Shown here: piece by piece, positions 38,990-49,795 of the stretch
Layout: every line of letters starts with the position of its first letter
How positions within the stretch are numbered: position 1 is the stretch's first letter
The notes under the pieces: model-generated
Database searches by the model: none
Seen by the model: the letters and a program-made list of their open reading frames with translations, nothing else
What the model was told of the DNA's origin: nothing
Assembly: GCA_918797485.1 (NCBI GenBank)
Contig: CAKKNE010000001.1
Span: 2,976,001 to 3,040,000, forward strand
From: Pelagomonas calceolata
Lineage: Eukaryota
DNA length: 64,000 nt
Direction of reading: 5' to 3'
Program-made: the position numbers and the translations under genes

Positions 38990-39499
38990 CTCTGAATTCT
39001 TGCTTTCATTCCTGTCCTCCGTTACGGTGCTGGGACTAGCCGGCGGCAGCGCGGGCCAAGAGCGCCTCAGGCAAATCTTCAAATATCTCTCGCTCGCGGC
39101 GCTCCGGGGCCGGCGCGGCGCGCCCAGGGGCTATAGTGCGTCGAGGCGGCGAGGTCCTGGCCGTCGGGCTTTTGGCTCCGGCGCCGCGCGGAGGCCAGGA
39201 GAGTTGGCCTTAGCTTTTGCCTCGTGCTTAGGTCAAATGATCTTGACGCTTTTTATTGTAACCCTCCGGGACAAGTGAGGACCCTTCCAAGCCGGGCGGC
39301 GACGCCTCCGACGAGAGCGCGCGATTTTATTTCCGAGCGGCCGCGCGCGACATAAGCCCGCAACGGTGGTTCCAAGCTGCCGGCCGCGAGGGACGACCCG
39401 GCACCCCACCGCGCGCCGTCGAGGAGACGCGCCACGCAGGCGATCAAGCCACACAGCGCGCAATTAAAGCCAGATAAGTTTACACAGGTAGCGCCCGAC

Positions 39500-40168
39500 C
39501 TACCACTGCGCCTGGCGCGCGCTCTCCGGCAGCGTCCACTTGTACGCCGCGCCCGGCGTCGGCGGCAGGCCCTTGGCCTTCAGGTCCGCGAGGATCTCGT
39601 CCGCGTCCGGTTCCCACGCGTACGTGATGAGCTGGTCCGCGTCCTGCTCCTTGATCGCCGCCTCCAAGGCGGGATGCGTCGCGGACATGGCACTCCTCAA
39701 ACCGTCGGGCGAGTAGCGGCTCACGGCGATCTCGAAATTCAACTTTCCGAAGTTGCCCGAGGACCCAATGGACATCGGCTGCGGCGCCTCCTCGCCCTCC
39801 TTGAGTTCCGGCGGCGGCGCTTTGGCCGCTTCTATAGCTTTCAGTTCGGTCGGCGCGAGGTACTTCCGCGCGAGTATCACGGCGCGGTCGCGCCTCGCGC
39901 GTCTCGTATCTCGAGAGTAGTACTTCGTGTCAAACACTTCGTCCGTGTTCTCGACGCGCGGCACGCGCGCCGCCTCCCGGCTCCCGGGCGCTGGATATCT
40001 ATAACCCTTGATCCTCTCGACCTTCTGGGGCCCCTCGGGCACCCAGTTCGCCGCCTGGCCGGGCTCCATGCGGTGCGGGTGCTTCGGTCTGAATTGCAGA
40101 GAGTGCACGAAGTCGCGCGCGAACTTGGGCAGGTACTTCACGAGGGCGCCGCGGCCGAAGTAGGACAT
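39500..40168 (-). CDS. Mitochondrial complex I accessory subunit, NDUFA7/B14.5a-like
   Basis: YRYPAPGS...A.VP...VFDTKYYSRDTRR resembles the conserved B14.5a segment. Confidence 0.55.
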   Translation of the reverse strand: MSYFGRGALVKYLPKFARDFVHSLQFRPKHPHRMEPGQAANWVPEGPQKVERIKGYRYPAPGSREAARVPRVENTDEVFDTKYYSRDTRRARRDRAVILARKYLAPTELKAIEAAKAPPPELKEGEEAPQPMSIGSSGNFGKLNFEIAVSRYSPDGLRSAMSATHPALEAAIKEQDADQLITYAWEPDADEILADLKAKGLPPTPGAAYKWTLPESARQAQW

Positions 40169-40338
40169 GGTTGCGGCTACGTCGCCGCTGCGGCTTGTTG
40201 GGGCTTGGGGGCTCGGTGGCGCCGGTCCCCGCCGGCCGCCGGCGCGCTGCGGCTGGCGAAGGGCTCGGACAAGGCTGACTTTCACGCGCGCGGCCTCGCG
40301 CGGCGGCTCAGGAGCAATGTCAAGCCGCCGGCTTGCTT

Positions 40339-40362
40339 GCTAGTGCCTTACATGCCGCTAGC
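40339..40362. promoter_or_regulatory. CTAG-bounded element copy
   Basis: GCTAGTGCCTTACATGCCGCTAGC between divergent starts 40168 and 40593. Confidence 0.5.
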
Positions 40363-40592
40363 GCGATGGCAAAAGAGCGGGCTTTTCCAAGCGCGAGCGA
40401 TTAGCTAACGCTAACGTAGTCTCTCCATAACGCCGTCATAGACTTTACCGGTCATACCACGTTTCTTTGCTCGAGCGGTTGCGTTTGAAAGACCAAGAGC
40501 ATAGAGAGCGGGTCAGCCAGCGGGTCAGACAGCGGGTCACGCACTGCGAAGACGCAGCGCCCGTAGATATATCGGCGTAGAACGTAGAGACC

Positions 40593-41120
40593 ATGAACGT
40601 CGCATGCTGCGAGGACGGCTGCCGCGGGATCCCGAACGACAACGTGCCGCTCTTCGTGTCCCACCTCATCCTCGTGACGCTCTCGACGGCGTCGTGGATC
40701 CTCTGCGCGGCCGTGCTGAAGGACGACTGGCCGACGCACGTCGAGTCCTGGCTCGTGTTTGACCTCGCGCTCGCCGCCGCGGAGACGCTCTACGGGGCGT
40801 GGGCCTGCGTCGTCGACGCGCGCGACACGACGTTCTTCGAGCGCGCGACGCGGAGCTTCCTCGTCGCGGACGGCGTCTTCGCGACGATGCAGCTGGCCGT
40901 CGCCGTCACGGGCGCGGCGCCGTGCGGAAATCAAGCGGTGAGTTAGGTTTGCAGCTAAGGGGGGCGCCTGAAGTTTTATTTCCACGCAGGCGCGGCCTAC
41001 TGGCGCGGCGGCGGGTCGAGCGCGGACGAGGTCTTCGACTGCGCGGTCGTGCTCGCGTGGTTCGCCCTAGCGGCGCTCGCGGTGATGGCGTGGCAGGACA
41101 AGGTCAAGGGGGGCGACTGA
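40593..41120 (+). CDS. Small multi-pass membrane protein; 2 exons 40593-40911 and 40990-41120
   Basis: Three hydrophobic segments in exon 1; a GC-AG splice at 40912-40989 adds a fourth (CAVVLAWFALAALAVMAW). Confidence 0.55.
40912..40989 (+). mobile_element. Introner-like GC-AG intron with 8-bp direct repeat and imperfect terminal inverted repeats
   Basis: ggcgcggc at 40911-40918 and 40989-40996; left ccgtgcggaaatcaa versus right ttttatttccacgcagg (rc cctgcgtggaaataaaa). Confidence 0.65.
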
Positions 41121-41129
41121 TAAATTGTG

Positions 41130-41687
41130 TTACCTAGAGGCGTTCAGGGCCCCGTCGAGTTTTGGTGACTGGATCTGGTGGCCCTCCTTCACCCACATCT
41201 TGTTGCCCTCGGCCGCCGCCGGCGCGCGGCCCCGGCCCCGGCCCTTGCCCCGGCCCTTGCCGCGGCCGCGCCCTCGGCCCTTGCCGCGGCCCCGTCCCCG
41301 GCCCCGGCCTCTCCCTCGAAACCCGCGGCCTGGAAAGACGCTCGGCCCCGAGAGGATCGGGCCCTTCCGCGCCGGCGCGGCGTCGTCCTCGGCGTCGTCC
41401 TCATCCCTCTTCCGCTTCGCCGTCTCGAGCGCCGGCAGCTCCGCGGCGAGCCAATTTACAAATTTCGCCGCGCGCTCCTCCTCGATCATCTCCGCGAGGG
41501 CCACCCTTATTTCGGCCATGCTCTTCTTCTCCGTCGCGACGAGTACCGTCGCGTACTCGGCAAGCACAGCATCGCAGGGCGTCCCGAGGATGCTTTCGAG
41601 CTCATCAGCTATTCGTTGTTGCAAATCCGCGCGCGCGGCGTCGTCGAGGTCCCTTTCCAGGCTGAGGTCGTCCGTCTCCTCCGCCAT
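41130..41687 (-). CDS. PWI-like domain + RG/RGG-repeat RNA-binding protein
   Basis: LQQRIADEL..LG...DAVLAEYATVLV..KSMAEIRVAL....AAKFVNWL followed by (GR)n. Confidence 0.65.
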   Translation of the reverse strand: MAEETDDLSLERDLDDAARADLQQRIADELESILGTPCDAVLAEYATVLVATEKKSMAEIRVALAEMIEEERAAKFVNWLAAELPALETAKRKRDEDDAEDDAAPARKGPILSGPSVFPGRGFRGRGRGRGRGRGKGRGRGRGKGRGKGRGRGRAPAAAEGNKMWVKEGHQIQSPKLDGALNASR

Positions 41688-42072
41688 TATCGCGCAGCGA
41701 GATGATCAGCGGTTTTTGTCGGAACGGTGCTGCGCGAGATGCAGGGGTGGTTTCAGCTGTCCTGAGAGTGCTCTCTCTGCGAAGCTGTGCAACGAGCAGT
41801 TGCGGCGCCTTGCAGCTTTTTTTCACTGCTAAAAACGAGCCCAGGAGCCCACGCGCTTGCACTTACGCTGCGGCTAAGGCGCGCTTTGGCGTCGCGGTAT
41901 TGTGTATGCGGTACGGTATACCGGTACCTGTAGACCGTATCGTACCAGTAGCCGAAATCCGAGGCCCTTCCAACGAATTAGACGAACGAATCATCACAAG
42001 AGTTAACGACGACGACGAAAACCCTCCATAACAACCAGATAGTTAGGTCCGCGTGTCTCTCGCGCGTAAAGT

Positions 42073-43596
42073 TCACGTCTCCGCCACCGTTTGCAGAACC
42101 CCGTCCAAGTTCTCGCAGCACCGCACGAGGCGCAGCGGCCCGGAATTTCCCGAAGGCACGCTCACGGCCAGGTGCAGCGTGCCCTCCGTGACGTAGAGAG
42201 CCGTCCCCGGCACTAATGTATAACGGTGCTTCCGCGGCGGCGACCGGGCGCCATGCGCGAGGACGCCCGTCTCGCCGCTCCCCGCCACCACCAGCAAGAT
42301 CGACGGCACGGGGAAGGACTCCAGCTCGAAGCAGCCGCCCGGTTCCACCGTCGTCACTCTAGCTTCGAAATCCGCGACATCAGGGGCATATCGTAACGTA
42401 TGCGTGCCCGGGCCCTGGTGCGCCAGCCGCCCGAACTCGACGTCCGGGCCGCCGGTCTCGTAGCTCAGCAAGGTGATGGCGGCCTCGACGTCGATACGCT
42501 GGGAGAGTCCGATGCGCACGAAATTATTTGAAGAAGCACACACTTCGACGCACTCACCCGCGACATACGCGTGCGGCTCGCAGGGCGCCACGTAGAAGGC
42601 CTCGCCCGGCGCCACCAACAAATAGTTGAGCAACAAGGGCAGCATCGCGCCCATTTGTTGGGGGTGGCTCTCGGCCAATTGAAGCACCGCCCTCTGCGAC
42701 TTCTTGAGCCAGGCCGGGCCCGACGCTTTTGACGCTTGGTGTTCTCCCCGTAACCGTTCCACCAACTTTCGAGTTTGCACGACCACGTCGGCACTACGCA
42801 TCCACGACTCAAAAACAGAACGAACAGCCTCGCGTTCGTTCGCGTCGGTGCACGTATGCAACAACAACTGGGCCTCGGGCCGCACGCACGCCGCGAGCTC
42901 CGGCGTCCGCGCTAGTAATTCAGCGAGCTCCGCCCTTCGCCTAAACCCGACCAGGGCTTCGAAAGGAGTTAATGCGATCATGAGCTTCGGCTTGTGGTTC
43001 GTGTCCGGGTATATCTTTGAATCCTTCAAATGAAGGGATTCCGCACTCTGCAAGTCGGGATGCGCACCGCACGGCGTGCAGTTTCTTATGGATAGCACTT
43101 TAAGAAGCCACGGGAGCTCGCCCTCGACCCTCGATAACAAAGTGCCATCATCTAAGGTGCACGGCGCACTGCTATGCGTGCCTAATTCAAATTCCGCGTA
43201 CGGCGCGGACGCCTCGAGGACGTCCAAGCACCCGTTGCCTCGCGCCAATCGCGCCGCCCGCGCGTCGCCGCCCCGAATGCCGTAATCCTTCGTCCGGATG
43301 CATCCTAGCAACCGATAGCAGTGGCCGGCGCCGCTCCGCGACTTGGCGGGCGCCGGCCGGCGTGCTGATCTCGCCCGTCGATATCTTTGCGGAGGCGGCG
43401 GGTGCGTCGGCGGCGGCGGCGGCGGCAGCGCCTCCGCCCGCGCCAGTTCCGCCGCCGGGATGGGCTCGTACTTGAACAGGCCCTGTTCCTTCGGCGAGTT
43501 GAGCGCGAACGCGCCTACCACATTTTGGTCGACGGGTTTCTTCTTGTTCGAGACGCCCGGCAGCAGGCCCGGCGCGTCGCTGTGGTCGCCGCCCAT
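42073..43596 (-). CDS. Type I mannose-6-phosphate isomerase-like protein with altered metal ligands
   Basis: PYAEFELGTH, LPWLLKVLSI, AHPD, YPDTNHKP, GEAFYVAPCEPHAY. Start codon uncertain. Confidence 0.75.
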   Translation of the reverse strand: MGGDHSDAPGLLPGVSNKKKPVDQNVVGAFALNSPKEQGLFKYEPIPAAELARAEALPPPPPPTHPPPPQRYRRARSARRPAPAKSRSGAGHCYRLLGCIRTKDYGIRGGDARAARLARGNGCLDVLEASAPYAEFELGTHSSAPCTLDDGTLLSRVEGELPWLLKVLSIRNCTPCGAHPDLQSAESLHLKDSKIYPDTNHKPKLMIALTPFEALVGFRRRAELAELLARTPELAACVRPEAQLLLHTCTDANEREAVRSVFESWMRSADVVVQTRKLVERLRGEHQASKASGPAWLKKSQRAVLQLAESHPQQMGAMLPLLLNYLLVAPGEAFYVAPCEPHAYVAGECVEVCASSNNFVRIGLSQRIDVEAAITLLSYETGGPDVEFGRLAHQGPGTHTLRYAPDVADFEARVTTVEPGGCFELESFPVPSILLVVAGSGETGVLAHGARSPPRKHRYTLVPGTALYVTEGTLHLAVSVPSGNSGPLRLVRCCENLDGVLQTVAET

Positions 43597-44000
43597 GCTT
43601 TTTATGCTGTTGCGAGTGTGCGACGCGTGCTCGGCTCCAGGTGGCAGCTTTTGCAAGCTTGTGGTGCCTCGTTTTTCACACGGCTGGCGCGTGAATAAAT
43701 AGTTGAAATTTTCGACAGCCCACGAGGTCCTTCCAGCCCTTGAAACGATACCTCGGCTCCAGCTTGGACCTCGAGACTTTTTTCACAAGCCAGCGCTAGT
43801 AGCGATGTACGCTAGCTCGCGGCCCCCTTGCCAAAAGCGCTTTTGCTGCTCTCGAGACTACCCTCGGCCTGCTTTGCACCTCTCGGGGCTGCTCGCGACC
43901 GACAAGGATTTTGCAACCCGCGCGGGGAGGCTCCCAGCATCAGTGCACAGCACTGCAGCGTGCAGTAGGCATGCAGCTCTGGGGAAGCGCCGGCGCCGCC

Positions 44001-44660
44001 ATGGCCAAGACGACGATCCTCGGCTTCGGCAGCCTCCTCTCGGAGCAGTCGAGCCGCCTGACCTTCCCGGACCTCGAGAACTTCCGGCTCGTGCGCGTGC
44101 CGAACTACCGGCGGCTCATGCAGCATCCCGCCTCGATCTTCTTCCAGCGCGGCATCGCCGACCCGCAAAAAAAGAACTGGTGCTCGCTCTCGGCGGAGCC
44201 GTGCCCGGGAAGTTCCTTCGTGGCGTGCGCCTTCGAGGTCGCGTTCGAGGGGGAACAAAGGGCGGCCTACGAGCTGCGGGAGGAGGAGTTCCATGTCGTG
44301 TCAGCGCCGTATACCACACTGGAGGGCGCGCCCGCGGGCGAGGGCCTCCTCTGCGCGCAGTGGACGGACGAGGGCTACCGCGCGAAATACGGCGACGCCG
44401 TCTTCGAGGAGCGGTACGGCCGCTACGGCGTACAACAAATATGGGGCTGGCCGCGCGACTGCGGCGCGACGCCGTGCCCGGTCTACCTGCGCCACTGCGT
44501 CCTCGCGGCCGAGAAGGCCGGGCGTGTCGCGTCCGACTCGTTCCTCGACGAGACGTGGCTGGTGGATCGCGAGACGACGGTGCGCGCATTCTTAGCAACG
44601 CATCCCGAGGTCATGGCCACGCGGCCGCCGCCCGAGCTCGTGGGGAGATATAGTGGATAA
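44001..44660 (+). CDS. Gamma-glutamylcyclotransferase-fold protein
   Basis: ILGFGSLLS N-terminal motif, YRRL, YELREEEF, YLRHCVLAA. Confidence 0.6.
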   Translation: MAKTTILGFGSLLSEQSSRLTFPDLENFRLVRVPNYRRLMQHPASIFFQRGIADPQKKNWCSLSAEPCPGSSFVACAFEVAFEGEQRAAYELREEEFHVVSAPYTTLEGAPAGEGLLCAQWTDEGYRAKYGDAVFEERYGRYGVQQIWGWPRDCGATPCPVYLRHCVLAAEKAGRVASDSFLDETWLVDRETTVRAFLATHPEVMATRPPPELVGRYSG

Positions 44661-44666
44661 CAAAAA

Positions 44667-45025
44667 TTAGGCCTTCTCCTCGCCGACGTCGGGGTCGATG
44701 CCGGCCGCGTCCGTGAGCTCGCCGATGCTCTTTTCGAGGTCGTCGATGCGCTGACCCATCTCGTCGATGCGCGCGACGATCTGGTTCGACATGCTCTCGA
44801 AGCGCGTCTGCCTGCGGTGGTTTCGCGGGTCGGAGTCTGCCGGCGCCGCGGCGACGGCGTGTTGGCGAGTCAATTCTCTTCCGGATAAGCGTCGCGCCGA
44901 CGGCCCTAAGCGTCGTGGCGACGACGGCGCGCTGGCTCACGGACGCGGGCGGCGCGCATCTGCTCGAGGAGGTCCGTGACGAAGGCCGTCAGGTCCTGGG
45001 GGTTCGACGGCGGCTCAGTCTCCAT
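44667..45025 (-). CDS. HSBP1: Heat shock factor binding protein 1; 2 exons 45025-44958 and 44811-44667
   Basis: A GC-AG splice gives DLTAFVTDLLEQMQTRFESMSNQIVARIDEMGQRIDDLEKSIGEL. Confidence 0.9.
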
Positions 45026-45465
45026 GATGATAGCTGTAACGCGTTACGCCGTCACCGCCGCGCGCCGATTAGTGTGCGCTGTGATCGGCAGCTTAATTTG
45101 TGCTGTGTCCAACACCCGCGACCGCAAGCTCTGTCGCGTGATCTGGCCAAACACTGCGTAGAAAGCCGAGTGATGGCAGTCGTGTAGATGCGTATCTATG
45201 CTAGAGACACACAGAGACGGCGTTTGGAGTTGCCCGCCTATAAACCAGCTAGCGCGCTTAAAGATACTAGCAAATCTAGAGCATGGATATTGGGGGTTTT
45301 CCGAGGCCGTTCTGCTTACAAGGCAGGTATGCTTCATGAAAGACGCGGCCTGCGCCCGCCGCCAATGAATCGGCGACGCACGGTGTCTCCCCGCAGGGGC
45401 GCCGCCGACTAGTCCTAGGCGACCACCGTCTACGACGCCGCCGCGATATTTCCCACGGACCTTAC

Positions 45466-46122
45466 TCACCGCTCCCGCTCGACCCCCACGTCGTCCTCGA
45501 ACTCGTCGTGGCGTTTTGTAAGAAGCTTGCGCAGCTCGTGCCGCGAGCCGCCCGTCCGGTGGTACAACTTCACCCACTGCTCCCGCGCGTAGTAGACGCC
45601 GTCGCCCAGTCTGACAGCGGCCCGGATGTTGATGAAGTAGTAGATCGCCGCCAACAGTTTGTGCGTATGCGACAGATAGGTATACGTCTCGCCCGCGGGG
45701 TCCGACGTGTCCCACATGTTCGGTAATCGCCTAAAACCGGCACCGGAGTACTTCGACACCTGCCGGCCCAAGAAGATGCGATAAATCCCGACGAGCAGCG
45801 ACCAGCACACGTATAACGGGTGCACCCAGAAGATCGACCGAAACTCAGCCAACAAAGCATCTAATAACCCGACCCGAAACGGATAGGTCTCACACAACAT
45901 GAGAAACACCACCGCAAACGTACAAATCTCGATGAACACCTGGATGCCGAACATCGTCGGGTACGAGTCCCACTCATCGTATTCGAGCGTCGAGTTGAAG
46001 ACGAGGTCCGTGAGCAGGAGACCGAAGAGGATGATGGTCTTGCCCTCGTTCGTCCGGTGATGGTCATCATCTCGCTTCTTGCGCGGCGGCGCTTGGTCCT
46101 CGGTACTGCTGAGGGTGTCCAT
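45466..46122 (-). CDS. TMEM138: TMEM138-like ciliary membrane protein
   Basis: LLLTDLVFN, ETYPFRVGLL..L..EF, HKLLAAIYY...AVRLGDGVYY. Confidence 0.75.
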   Translation of the reverse strand: MDTLSSTEDQAPPRKKRDDDHHRTNEGKTIILFGLLLTDLVFNSTLEYDEWDSYPTMFGIQVFIEICTFAVVFLMLCETYPFRVGLLDALLAEFRSIFWVHPLYVCWSLLVGIYRIFLGRQVSKYSGAGFRRLPNMWDTSDPAGETYTYLSHTHKLLAAIYYFINIRAAVRLGDGVYYAREQWVKLYHRTGGSRHELRKLLTKRHDEFEDDVGVERER

Positions 46123-46489
46123 ACCGTGTGGATGGGGCGCGCTCGTTGCTTGCGTCTTTGGTGGTGGTTATATGTCTTGCTGTGTGTGCCGGGGCTGCGT
46201 TTTGTACCGTTTTGTAGGCTACGGGCAGCAGTTTTAGCTGTTTGCTCGAGCGCGGTGCGGGGCGCGCCGGCGCCTCCGTTTTGCCTGAGGCGTGCCTCGA
46301 GGAGTCCTCCCGGCACGGCTGGACGGCTGGACGATTCAAACGCGGTTAGAATCTCGCGGGCCTCAGTCATCGGCGGCGCGCGCAAAGTGGCCACTCCATT
46401 ACGCGGCGAGCCTTGCATTACGCTATCCGAGGCGTTTCTAGTGATCACCCCAGCACGGTGATCATTGCCTGAACAGAAGACGACCAGCA

Positions 46490-48922
46490 ATGAGCGCCAT
46501 GAGCAGCAATGGCGAGCAGGCGAACAAGCCCTCTCAAAACGGCGCGCCGGTCTGCCCCACCTCCCCTAGCAAGCGCGTTCCGCAGCGTCGTGACCTACGC
46601 ATCGATGGCGCCGGGCGGCGCGCGCCTCGTAGCGCAGCAGCAACTTTGGCGTCTCGACGCGTCACGAGCGGCCACACACGTTCATACCACACAGGCGCCA
46701 CGCCGCCGGCTCGATCGACGAGGAGCCCGACGAGCAGGCCGAGGAGGAAGCTAGAGTTACTGCTCTCTTGGATCAGTCCCAGGCGACCGAGACGACACCC
46801 ACGTCAGCACCGGTCCTACTCCAGGCCGCGGCGGCCACCGATAAATCAATAAATCTCGACGCGAAGGACAAGCCCGAGGCGAAGAAGGCCCAGCTCGACA
46901 CGCTCCTCGCCAAGGCCGAGCAGTACTCCCAGTTCATCGTGAACTCCCAACAAGCGGAAGCGGAGCCGTCCAAAAAAAAACAGAAGACGGGGTTGGAAGA
47001 CGCCGCGGAAAAAATGAAAAAAGAAAAAGCGTTGGTCGTCCAGCCCAAGGCCATGACCGGGGGGACCTTGAAGCCCTATCAAGTGGAAGGTCTTAGGTGG
47101 CTCGCGACGTTGTTCGAGAATGGGCTGTCTGGAATATTGGCGGACGAGATGGGCCTCGGGAAGACGATCCAAGTGATAGCGCTCGTGGCCCATGTGCGCG
47201 AGAAGAACGTCAAGGGACCGATCTGCATCGCGGCGCCGCTCGCGACGCTGCCCAACTGGATGAACGGTCCGCCGCCGGCGTCCCTTCTTCGACATGTGAC
47301 GCGTGCTCGCCCCTACGCCGTCGACGCGCGGCGATGGCGTACCCGCCGTAGAGTTCGGAACCGCCCCGACGCCGTCGCCGCGTCACTCGCCTCCCCGCGC
47401 AGAGTTCCGCAAGTGGACGCCCGGCATCTCGGCGTTACTGTACCACGGGAGTAAACAACACCGCGCGGACCTGCGGAAGACGGCCATGCGCAAGGCGCAC
47501 CAGAACGACGACGACTTTCCGGTCATCGTTACGTCGTACGAGATCTGTATCCTGGATCGGGCGGCGCTCTCGCACTTCAAGTTCAAGTATCTCGTGATTG
47601 ACGAGGGCCAGCGCGTCAAAAATAGGGACTGCCGACTCGTGAGGGAGCTCAAAAAGCTCGACACGGAGAATCGGTTACTACTGTCAGGAACACCGATCCA
47701 GAACACGTTGGAAGAACTCTGGAGTCTCCTGAACTTCGTGAACCCGCAAATCTTCGACGACTTGGCCGTCTTCCAGTCGTGGTTCGGGTTCAGAAATATC
47801 GGGCAAGAGACGCAGGTCGACGACATCGTCGACGACGAGAGCAAGGACCGCATCGTCTCGAAGCTCCACGAGATCCTGAGGCCCTTTCTGTTGCGACGGG
47901 TCAAGGCCGACGTCCTCAAGGGCGTCCTGCCGCCCAAAAAAGAGATCGTCGTCTACGCGGCGATGACGCCGCTCCAGAAGACGTACGAAGCTTTGATCTT
48001 ACAACACCAGTTGAAGGACACGCTCCAGTCCTCGGGCATCCCCTGCACGGGCAAGGAGGTCTCGGAGAACAACATGCTCATGAATCAAAGAAAAAATGCG
48101 AACCACCCGTTTTTGTTTGGGGAACCTACCACACCTACCGGAGAATTCGTCGGAGAGGCGAATCCCAAGACGTTAATTAACGCGTCCGGCAAGTTCCGGC
48201 TGCTCGATCGACTGTTAGTACGGCTGAAGGAGGGCGGCCACAAGGTCCTGCTCTTCTCGCAGATGACGGAGCTGCTGAACATCATCGAGGATTATGTTAG
48301 ATCTAAAAAGTGGGGCGTGTTTCGGATCGACGGGGGCGTCGAGTTGTCGGAGCGGCAGCGGCAGATTGATGCTTTTAATGCGGAGGGTCAGTCGAGCAAC
48401 AACCACTTTATCTTTCTTTTGTCTACTCGTGCCGGTGGGTTGGGCATTAACTTGGCTTCGGCCGATACGGTGGTGTTGTTCGATAGCGACTGGAACCCGC
48501 ACCAGGATTCGCAGGCCATGGATCGAGCGCATCGCATCGGGCAAACGAAACCGGTAGTTGTGTATCGGCTATTGACCACGGGTAGCGTGGAGATAAGTAT
48601 GATGGAGAAGCAGATCTCCAAGAAGAAGCTCGAGAGGATGGCCGTGACGGGCGGCGACTACAACAAGGCCGGTCGAAGGTCGAGGGGCGACTTGACGACG
48701 GATGGCTTACGAGCTTTATTGGACTCGGACGTGAACATCGCGCAGCGAGTCGCGGGCATGACGGGCGACGACAAGGAGGCTCTATCGGATGAGGAGCTGG
48801 CGCTCGTGTTAGATAGGAAGAAGATCTTCTCGGCGAAGGGCATTCCTACGGAGGGCAAGATGTACGACGTCGTCGCGGCGAGCGGCGGCGGCGGCATCCT
48901 GGGCAACCTCGGCGACGACTAA
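46490..48922 (+). CDS. DDM1: DDM1/HELLS(LSH)-type SNF2 chromatin remodeller; introns ~46573-46694 (GC-AG, donor uncertain) and 47267-47402 (GT-AG)
   Basis: [76 protein letters not shown]. Confidence 0.85.
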
Positions 48923-49110
48923 CTAGGCGCCTTTCCTCTATCTCCGTATCTAAGTAGCGAGTGTTATATATACTTGGGCGCGGCGGCGGCGTCTATGTGG
49001 TCAGCTCGGAGAGGTAAAAACGGGTTTTCCACGCCACTTTTTGCTTGTACGCGAGTTACAAGCGAGACGGGCCGAGCCGAGCAGGCAAGTGCTCACACAT
49101 TGCAGTGACA

Positions 49111-49776
49111 ATGGTAGACGCCGTTGAGTTCTCTCCCGTGGAGGTCTTGAAGGAGCTGGGTGATTTTGCCTCAAGTTTTAATGGCCGGCGCCCGCCGGCC
49201 GTCAGACCCCAGACCGTCGCTCTGCGCCGCGTCGTCAGCAAGGCCATCGAGATGCGCCGCATCGGCGACGCGTCGTGGCGGCGCTTTGGCACTCAGACAG
49301 ACGCGGCGAAGGCGTTCGGCCTCTACCAGTCAGAAGTCTCGCAGATCGTCAAAGACCGATCGAAGGCGTCCGGGCGCGCGCTCCTGTACGAGGCGCGCCG
49401 CGTCGCGGCATTCTCCGAGCCCCCGGTCGCGACCGTAGAGCCCGCGCCGGCCGCGCGCCGGTGGGCGCCGATACCGCCCAATGCCAGAGTCTCAGCCTCA
49501 GCCAGAGTCTCAGCCTCAGCCAGAGCCATAGCCTCAGCATTTAGTGGCCAGAAATTGTGCCTGAAGGTTCGTCCCGGTGATACTGTCCTATCGTTAAAGC
49601 AGAAGATTCGCGACAGCACGAATATCCCACTCGAGCGACAGCGCTTGATAATCAGAGGACGGCAGTTAGTGGACGGGAAGCGCCTCTACGAGTCGAATGT
49701 CTTCGACGGCACAACTGTGCACTTGGTATTGCGCCCGCCCCCGGGGGGTTGGTGTTCCAGATGGTGGGGGGAGTAA
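49111..49776 (+). CDS. Protein with C-terminal ubiquitin-like domain
   Basis: SGQKLCLKVRPGDTVLSLKQKI...IPLERQRLI.RGRQL.DG..L...NV.DGTTVHLVLR. Confidence 0.65.
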   Translation: MVDAVEFSPVEVLKELGDFASSFNGRRPPAVRPQTVALRRVVSKAIEMRRIGDASWRRFGTQTDAAKAFGLYQSEVSQIVKDRSKASGRALLYEARRVAAFSEPPVATVEPAPAARRWAPIPPNARVSASARVSASARAIASAFSGQKLCLKVRPGDTVLSLKQKIRDSTNIPLERQRLIIRGRQLVDGKRLYESNVFDGTTVHLVLRPPPGGWCSRWWGE

Positions 49777-49795
49777 TCACACACACATCCTAGAA

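Noticed and set aside
40938..40989. Canonical GTGAGT donor for the membrane-protein intron
   Set aside because: It gives a low-complexity frame that stops early, whereas a GC donor upstream yields a further TM helix. Not excluded without RNA data.
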